Shown piece by piece: positions 56,272-64,000 of a stretch of 64,000 nucleotides of DNA. Below the pieces are notes generated by a model. It ran no database searches, had not been told where the DNA came from, and saw only the letters and a program-made list of their open reading frames with translations. This stretch comes from an uncultured Collinsella sp. (GTDB taxonomy: Bacteria; Actinomycetota; Coriobacteriia; Coriobacteriales; Coriobacteriaceae), in contig CABUQI010000001.1 of assembly GCA_902493545.1 (NCBI GenBank), positions 10,802 to 74,801 of the forward strand, read 5' to 3'. A program made the translations under genes and the position numbers. Position 1 is the first letter of the stretch, and each line of letters opens with the position of its first letter.

Positions 56272-58175
56272 CAGCAGCCCTCCTCTCGCGCGACCGTCTT
56301 GGATTTAGCAATGTCCGAGACGTTAGAAGAACCGCCCGAGCGACCGATTAGCAGGTCCACCAACTCGTCTGCCAGCGACTCAACCGTATAGAGCCCGCCG
56401 CGACGCAGCGGCACGCCCGCCTCCGTAAGCGCCAGCGCCATACGCTGGGCGGCGGGAACGCCCAAGCCGATCGACTTGAGCTCATCGGCATGCGCAAACA
56501 CCTGCGCGGGGGTTCCCTCGGCAAACACCGCACCTTCGTTCATTACGACGATACGGTCGCAGCAATTGGCCAGGTCATCCATGCTGTGCGAAACCATGAC
56601 AACGGTCAGGCCCTCGCGATGGAGTCGACCGATGAGCCCTAGGAAATCCCTGCGCGCAGCCGGATCGAGCCCCGCCATGGGTTCATCGAGCACCAGGACT
56701 TCGGGCTCCATGGCGAGCACGCCGGCGAATGCCACACGCCGTTGCTGACCGCCCGAAAGCTCAAAGGGACTCTTGTCGCCGACCGTGGAAAGGTCGAGGC
56801 CCACGCGCGAGAGCGATGACTCGACACGACGGTCGACTTCATCTTGCGGCAAGCCAAGGTTGTGCGGACCAAACGCCACGTCCTGCGCCACGGTTTCGGC
56901 AAACAGCTGACGCTCAGGATATTGAAATACCACGCCGACCTTGGCCTTAACCGCGGCGGCGTCTTTCTTGTTTGACAGATCGAGCCCCAGCGCGCGAACG
57001 GATCCCTCCTGGGGGCGAATCAAACCGTTGAGATGCTGGACCAGCGTCGACTTACCCGAACCAGTATGACCTGCCAAGCCCAGGAACTCGCCGCGACGCA
57101 CCATCAGCGATACATCGCGCAGTGCCCACGGGCTGCTTGGGTCGTTTCCCCAGAGAGCCTGTTTGTTCGATTTGCCCGCAGTGGCCGAGCGCTTGTGCCA
57201 GCGGTGGCGCTCGCGCGGACTGAGCGAATAACTGTACGAAACATGGGATAGTTCGATGACGGGCTCCGACGCGTTGTCCTCGTTGTCTACCGGAACAGTG
57301 CCGTCAGCGATTTCCAACTGGGATGCGGAAGACTGTCCCGCGGTGTCTGCCCCACTTCGCTCGGCATAAGCCTGCGCAATCTCGGCGACCATATCCGCCT
57401 CACGCACCTGTGCGCAAACGGGCACGCCCTTCGCACGAAGCGACCTGCCCAGACAGCACGACGCCGGCATATCCAGGTTGAGCTGCGCAAGTTCGTCTGC
57501 CCGCGTCAAGATTTCCTCGGGCTTACCGAGCATGGCAACGCGCCCCGCCCGAAACACCGCGACACGATCGGCCTCGGCGGCCTCTTCCATAAAGTGCGTA
57601 ATCATCACGATGGTCATGCCGCGATCGTGCAACGCGCGGCAAGCCTTCATGAGGCCCTTGCGCCCACGCGGATCAAGCATCGAGGAAGCCTCATCCAAAA
57701 TGAGAACGCGCGGCTCCATGGCGAGCACGCCGGCAAGCGCCACGCGCTGCTTTTGGCCACCCGAAAGCGCGTGGGTCTCGTGGCGCTCAAAGCCCACCAG
57801 GCCCACACCCTTCAGCGCCTCGCGTACGCGCTGCGCGATTTGCGCCGATGGCACGCCAAGGTTTTCGGGACCGAACGCAACGTCATCTTCGACAAGCGTT
57901 GCCACCAGCTGATCATCGGGATTCTGGAATACCATGCCCGCGGTCGAACGAATGTCGTAGACCAGCTCGGGATCGGACGCATCCATGCCGTTAATGCGCA
58001 CCGTGCCCGCATCGGGCTGCAGCAGCGCATTCAGATGCTTGGCAAACGTCGACTTGCCCGACCCATTGCCACCGAGGATGCAGAAAAACTCCCCGTCCTC
58101 GATGTTCAGATCGACACCGTCGAGTGCCGACACGGCACCGTCATAGCTAAAGGAAACGCCCCGACACTCAATCAT
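56271..58175 (-). CDS. ECF transporter fused double ATPase (A-A')
   Basis: Two ABC domains: GGNGSGKST/FQNPD/LSGGQ and GHTGSGKST/FQYPE/LSGGQ. Confidence 0.93.
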   Translation of the reverse strand: MIECRGVSFSYDGAVSALDGVDLNIEDGEFFCILGGNGSGKSTFAKHLNALLQPDAGTVRINGMDASDPELVYDIRSTAGMVFQNPDDQLVATLVEDDVAFGPENLGVPSAQIAQRVREALKGVGLVGFERHETHALSGGQKQRVALAGVLAMEPRVLILDEASSMLDPRGRKGLMKACRALHDRGMTIVMITHFMEEAAEADRVAVFRAGRVAMLGKPEEILTRADELAQLNLDMPASCCLGRSLRAKGVPVCAQVREADMVAEIAQAYAERSGADTAGQSSASQLEIADGTVPVDNEDNASEPVIELSHVSYSYSLSPRERHRWHKRSATAGKSNKQALWGNDPSSPWALRDVSLMVRRGEFLGLAGHTGSGKSTLVQHLNGLIRPQEGSVRALGLDLSNKKDAAAVKAKVGVVFQYPERQLFAETVAQDVAFGPHNLGLPQDEVDRRVESSLSRVGLDLSTVGDKSPFELSGGQQRRVAFAGVLAMEPEVLVLDEPMAGLDPAARRDFLGLIGRLHREGLTVVMVSHSMDDLANCCDRIVVMNEGAVFAEGTPAQVFAHADELKSIGLGVPAAQRMALALTEAGVPLRRGGLYTVESLADELVDLLIGRSGGSSNVSDIAKSKTVAREEGC

Positions 58176-58762
58176 GCGCGGCCTTTGACCTGGTCCTTTT
58201 TAGGCGTGATGAGGTTGGAGACTGCTTTATACACCGCCAGTGTCAACACCGAGTTAAGCACGGTCTTGATAAGGTTGAACGGCAGCACGGCAGGAATCAT
58301 GAGCGGGGCGATCACATCGACCGAGCCATACCAGAACCATACGCCAATGGTAAGGTTTGCGACCATAGACAACGCCGTAGCGGCAATAACGCCGAGCACC
58401 AGGCCAATCACGGCACCCTTATAGGTATGCATCTTCTGATAGACGATAGCCGCAGGCAGAATGTAGCCCAGCGTGGCAACCAGGTTCATAAGCGCGCCGA
58501 CCCAGTCACCCGTGGTGAGCGCATGGATAACGATAGCCATAGCGGCAACAGCAGTGCCGGCGCCAGGACCATACGCAAACCCGCACACCATCGCCGGTAC
58601 CAGCGACGGGTCATACGTCAAAAACGGCGCCGAAGGAAGGATGGGCAGCTGCACATACATAAACAGTGCTCCCAAGGCGCACATCAACGCCATGGTAACG
58701 AGCTGTTTGGTGCTCCACCTATTCGTGTTCTCAAAATGGATATGCTGCGACTGTTCAGACAT
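58172..58762 (-). CDS. ECF S component, probably riboflavin-specific (RibU-like)
   Basis: APFLTYDPS, LPFNLIK; directly downstream of an FMN riboswitch. Confidence 0.85.
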   Translation of the reverse strand: MSEQSQHIHFENTNRWSTKQLVTMALMCALGALFMYVQLPILPSAPFLTYDPSLVPAMVCGFAYGPGAGTAVAAMAIVIHALTTGDWVGALMNLVATLGYILPAAIVYQKMHTYKGAVIGLVLGVIAATALSMVANLTIGVWFWYGSVDVIAPLMIPAVLPFNLIKTVLNSVLTLAVYKAVSNLITPKKDQVKGRA

Positions 58763-58771
58763 AAGATCACC

Positions 58772-58958
58772 TGCCTCTTTCATCCGGACTCTAACCGTTG
58801 GTACTGGGATCTCACCAGTTCAGCCGGCATGCGAACCAACGCACGCACGGGTCGCGGACTCATCGGCTCGGTCACAGGCGTCTCGCCTGCGCCACGGCGT
58901 CCCTTTGACACCGCCCGATTTACCGCCAGTGGGGAATTTCACCCCGCCCTGAAACAGC
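58772..58958 (-). promoter_or_regulatory. FMN riboswitch
   Basis: CAGGGCGGGGTGAAATTCCCCACTGGCGGT...AGTCCGCGA...GAACTGGTGAGATCCCAGTACCAACGGTTAGAGTCCGGATGAAAGAGG; 3' end abuts the RBS. Confidence 0.95.
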
Positions 58959-59160
58959 AATTGCAAGTGTAGCACGGGCAGGTTTTCGCGCAAGTATGCC
59001 AAGGGTAATTTATGGCGGGGACCAGTTGCCGCAACAACCACATTCCCCACCCATCCCAAAGTAACGCGCCTTTCGCGGCAAAGCCGCGAAACAGCGACCG
59101 GGACACGTATCCCCATCAGCCACGATCTCCGCCCACGCCGACCTCAAGGCCGTAAACGCA

Positions 59161-59303
59161 GGGGATCCGGGGGCGTGACGGGGTTTCTCTCCGGAACATT
59201 CCGCAGGACGCAAAGAGGCTCCGCAGCGCGAAGCGCGATGCGGAGCCTCTTTGCATGTCCGAGGACGTTCCGGAGAGAAACCCCGTCACGCCCCCGGATC
59301 CCC
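59161..59303. repeat. 143-bp palindrome with 37-bp perfect arms, downstream of groEL
   Basis: Arms 59161-59197/59267-59303; inner 16-bp arms; GCGCGAAGCGC apex. Confidence 0.9.
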
Positions 59304-59329
59304 GGTGGGAGTTCTAGACCTTGTCGGCC

Positions 59330-61045
<1,716 letters not shown>

Positions 61046-61063
61046 TCAGAGATTCTGACGAGA

Positions 61064-61357
61064 CTAGGCCTCGACGACGGCGTAGATGTCGTCGGCGCGC
61101 ATCAGCAGATACTTCTCGCCGTCGACCTTGACCTCGTTGCCACCGAACTTACCGTAGATGACAACGTCGCCGACCTGAACGTCCATGGGGATGCGCTCGC
61201 CCTTGTCGTTGACCTTACCGGCGCCAACAGCAACGATGGTGCCGCGCTGCGGCTTCTCCTGAGCGTTGCTGGCGATGTACAGACCAGAGGCGGTCTTCTG
61301 CTCGGCCTCGTCGGGCTTGACCAGGACGCGATCTGCAAGCGGCTTCAAAGACGACAT
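61064..61357 (-). CDS. groES: Co-chaperonin GroES
   Basis: LKPLADRVLV, TASGL, EKPQRG. Confidence 0.98.
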   Translation of the reverse strand: MSSLKPLADRVLVKPDEAEQKTASGLYIASNAQEKPQRGTIVAVGAGKVNDKGERIPMDVQVGDVVIYGKFGGNEVKVDGEKYLLMRADDIYAVVEA

Positions 61358-61482
61358 GCTTGTTTCCTCCTTTGTGGGCCGCGCGGTCATGCCGCGCGGG
61401 TTAACCCTTTTTGTTTGCGTACGCGTTGAATGGTACCCACGAATGGCGGGTTATAAAACACAGAGTCAAAAAATCTTATTTT

Positions 61483-61509
61483 TTGGCACTTAGATTTTCT
61501 GAATGCCGG
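61483..61509. promoter_or_regulatory. Degenerate CIRCE (HrcA operator)
   Basis: TTGGCACTT-N9-GAATGCCGG upstream of groES versus consensus TTAGCACTC-N9-GAGTGCTAA. Confidence 0.55.
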
Positions 61510-61705
61510 GGGATAACTTAGCAGTGGCTCCCGTGTGGCTCCGGAGGGGCGGGGCATAAGGTTTCCTGCTCGGGCAGTCCTGCTCGCACGAAGGCCACAT
61601 TAAGTGGCCTTCGGCTCGTGCGGAACTCGCGATAAACCTTATGCCCCGCCCCTCCGGAGCCACACGGGAGGCAGGTTAACTAATTCGAGCCCGGCATTCA
61701 GAAAA
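61495..61705. repeat. Nested palindrome: 143-bp core with 37-bp arms inside 16-bp outer arms, upstream of groES
   Basis: Core arms 61528-61564/61634-61670; outer arms 61495-61510/61690-61705; inner cgaaggccac/gtggccttcg. Confidence 0.9.
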
Positions 61706-61777
61706 GTCAGTACAGCAAAATGGCGATGCGGATGGAATGCACAAGATAGGAGCACGTTGTTGGGACGCGCTCTTTTA

Positions 61778-61844
61778 AGTTGCGGTGGAATAGTTCCTGT
61801 TTTTGGGCTTGAAGGCCGATTTTAGGGACTATTTCACCGCAACT
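61778..61844. repeat. 67-bp element with 15-bp terminal inverted repeats, copy 2
   Basis: Same ends and length as 32835-32901, different 37-bp interior. Confidence 0.85.
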
Positions 61845-61862
61845 GAGGGGTGGGATGTGGGG

Positions 61863-63500
61863 TTAGCGCTCGTAGATTAAGTTACCTGCCAGGTAGGTGG
61901 CCTGAACCTTGGTAGCCTGGAGCTCTTGTGGGTCAACGGTGAGCGGGTTTTGATCCAGGACTACCAGGTCGGCGTATTTGCCGGGCTCCAGGCTGCCGAG
62001 GTTTTGCTCGTCGCCTGCCGCGTAGGCGCTGCCCAGGGTGTAGTTGCGCAGAGCCGTAGCCGCGTCGATGCGCTCGCTAGGGAGCCAGCCGCCCTCAGGC
62101 CAGTGACTGCGAGGGTCTTGGCGCGTGATGGCCGTGTAGAGCACGTTCATGCTGGTAACGGCTGTGATGGGGCTATCGGTACCGAAAGCTTGGCGGATGC
62201 CGCGGTGCTTAAAGGTCGCAAACGGCCACATGATGCGGCTGCGCTCCAGGCCCAGATCGCGCTCCGGGCCACCCGGGTCAAGCGTGATGTGGCAAGGCTG
62301 GCTCGAGGCAATGATATTGAGCTTGCGCAGACGATCGATGTCCTGAGGCAGCAAATTCTCCAGATGCTCGAGCGTGTTATGACCGTGCGGGGGCAGACCG
62401 TAGAGCTCTGCCGCCTCCTCAAAGATATCGAGCGCAGCATGGATGGCACCGTCGCCGATAACGTGGATGCGCACGGTGTGGCCGCGCTCGGCTGCCGCCA
62501 GAACCAACTTGCGCATGCGCTCGACAGGAACCGTCAGGCGACCCTGGTCGCCCGGGAAGCGCGGGTTGGTATAGGGTTCAGTGAGGTATGCGGTATGCTC
62601 GCTCGACACGCCGTCGAAGAACTGTTTAAAGCCTGGCGCCGAGAGCAGCGCGTTGTTCGCGTAGCGGGTCTGGAGTTCTTCCAAGCGCGATTGGTCATCC
62701 AGCAACGTGGGGAACAGGTGAGCGCGAATGCCCGGCTTGCCGGCGGCCTGCAGCTTGTCGTAAACATCGTCGCGAATAAAGTCGCCGCCCGGCATGGGCA
62801 TGAGCGACATATCGCAGATCGAGGTGATGCCTTGCTCGGCCATACGCTTCATCTGGTCGGCGTAAGCGCTCGCGATGCGGTCCTCGCCCAGCCACTCCAG
62901 GCAGCGCGGCAGCAGCTGCATAGCAGCCGCCTCGTGGACAATACCCGTAAGCTCACCGTTCGAGTCCTTGTCGTAACTGCCACCCGCCGGAGGCTCGCTG
63001 TCGCGCGTCACGCCGAGGGCTTCGAGTGCGCGGCTGTTGAGCCACAGGGTATGCCCATTGCCCGAATACATAACACAGGGGCGATCGGGGAAGGCGGCGT
63101 CGACGGAGGCCTTGGTAGGGTGCTCGGGCGGATCCCAGCGGTAATCGCGCCAGCCCTGGGTCACGATCCAGGCGTCATCGGGCAAGCCCTGGGAAAACTC
63201 GCGTGCATGCTGCACCAATGCCGCCTCGGATGTGCCCATATCCATGAGCATGTACGGCGAGGAGGCAACCGAAGTATGGAAGAAATGCAGGTGCGCATCG
63301 TGGAAACCGGGGCAGATGAATTGCTCGCCATAGTCGACAACCGGCACGGCGGCAGGGGCGGCGGCAATCACGTCATCGGGCGCACCGACCGCGACGATGC
63401 GATCGCCTGCAATGGCAATCGCCAGCTCGCGGGCGGCATCGATGCCGTCTTGCGCGGTAAAAACGTTCTTGGAGCGGATAATCCGATCGATATGCTGCAT
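61863..63500 (-). CDS. Amidohydrolase_3 (YtcJ-like) metal-dependent hydrolase
   Basis: PGFHDAHLH, KQFFDG, IHVIGD, LEHLE, FGTDSP, GSLEPGKYAD; start could also be 63506 or 63512. Confidence 0.88.
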   Translation of the reverse strand: MQHIDRIIRSKNVFTAQDGIDAARELAIAIAGDRIVAVGAPDDVIAAAPAAVPVVDYGEQFICPGFHDAHLHFFHTSVASSPYMLMDMGTSEAALVQHAREFSQGLPDDAWIVTQGWRDYRWDPPEHPTKASVDAAFPDRPCVMYSGNGHTLWLNSRALEALGVTRDSEPPAGGSYDKDSNGELTGIVHEAAAMQLLPRCLEWLGEDRIASAYADQMKRMAEQGITSICDMSLMPMPGGDFIRDDVYDKLQAAGKPGIRAHLFPTLLDDQSRLEELQTRYANNALLSAPGFKQFFDGVSSEHTAYLTEPYTNPRFPGDQGRLTVPVERMRKLVLAAAERGHTVRIHVIGDGAIHAALDIFEEAAELYGLPPHGHNTLEHLENLLPQDIDRLRKLNIIASSQPCHITLDPGGPERDLGLERSRIMWPFATFKHRGIRQAFGTDSPITAVTSMNVLYTAITRQDPRSHWPEGGWLPSERIDAATALRNYTLGSAYAAGDEQNLGSLEPGKYADLVVLDQNPLTVDPQELQATKVQATYLAGNLIYER

Positions 63501-63668
63501 GAGCATCCCCATCTCTGGTAGGAAATTCAACAACCCCGAGTGTACTCCCCCGCCCTTGCAACAAAGCCCCAAGCGGCAAATGGCAACTTTACCAGCCCTA
63601 GCGGCAGGTGGCATACTTGGATGAGCCTGTATGATTTTGCGATCGACCCAGCAAGGAGCAAATCGACC

Positions 63669-64000
63669 ATGACGAAGACCAAGGCACAGCAGATTATGGC
63701 GGCAACCGAGGTTCGCGCGGCAGACGACGTCACCACGGCCATCCGAGATATCGCCGCCGAGTTTGAGCCCTATATCATCAAGCAGCGCCGGCACTTCCAT
63801 AAGCACCCGGAGCTGAGCCTTGCCGAGGAGCGCACGACCTCCGACATCGCCAACCAGCTCGACGCCATGAATATCCCCTACGAGCGTCCGCTCAAGACCG
63901 GCTTGGTGGCAACGCTTCGCGGCACCGCGCCCGACGCCTATCGCGAGGACGGCACGCCGCGCCGCCGTATCCTGCTGCGCGCCGATATCGACGCCCTGCC
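63669..64000 (+). CDS. M20D family amidohydrolase, N-terminal part (truncated at window edge)
   Basis: RRHFHKHPELS...EERT...TGLVA...LLRADIDALP read directly; AAGGAG RBS. Confidence 0.85.
   Translation, partial: MTKTKAQQIMAATEVRAADDVTTAIRDIAAEFEPYIIKQRRHFHKHPELSLAEERTTSDIANQLDAMNIPYERPLKTGLVATLRGTAPDAYREDGTPRRRILLRADIDAL

Overview
GC-rich bacterial chromosomal window, most consistent with a gut Coriobacteriia such as Collinsella (inferred from protein sequences and gene content, not from a database search). It is mostly housekeeping: rplA-rplK-nusG-secE-tRNA-Trp-rpmG-tuf, a tRNA cluster, yacP-rlmB-cysS-ispF-ispD-disA, clpC, lysS-greA, ispE-veg-dtd-rdgB-rph-murI, murE, asnB, argCJBD, a riboflavin ECF operon and groESL. 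Seven tRNA genes, FMN and yybP-ykoY riboswitches, an L1-binding leader, tandem ARG boxes and a degenerate CIRCE are visible. Accessory genes include a hipBA-type toxin-antitoxin pair, a 1479-aa CoA-activase/dehydratase fusion with TetR, and a sortase-anchored 5'-nucleotidase. The best candidates for undescribed biology are: (1) a coupled pair of a cytoplasmic ParB/Srx-like domain fused to a BMP nucleoside-binding fold and a metallophosphoesterase; (2) several geometrically constrained intergenic palindrome families (an exact 80-bp-period hairpin array, two 67-bp elements, two 143-bp palindromes with 37-bp arms flanking groESL, and six hairpins with a conserved GGG(A/T)CAG loop); (3) a terminator/antiterminator leader upstream of a DUF2798-like gene. 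No transposase, integrase, cas gene or rRNA was seen.
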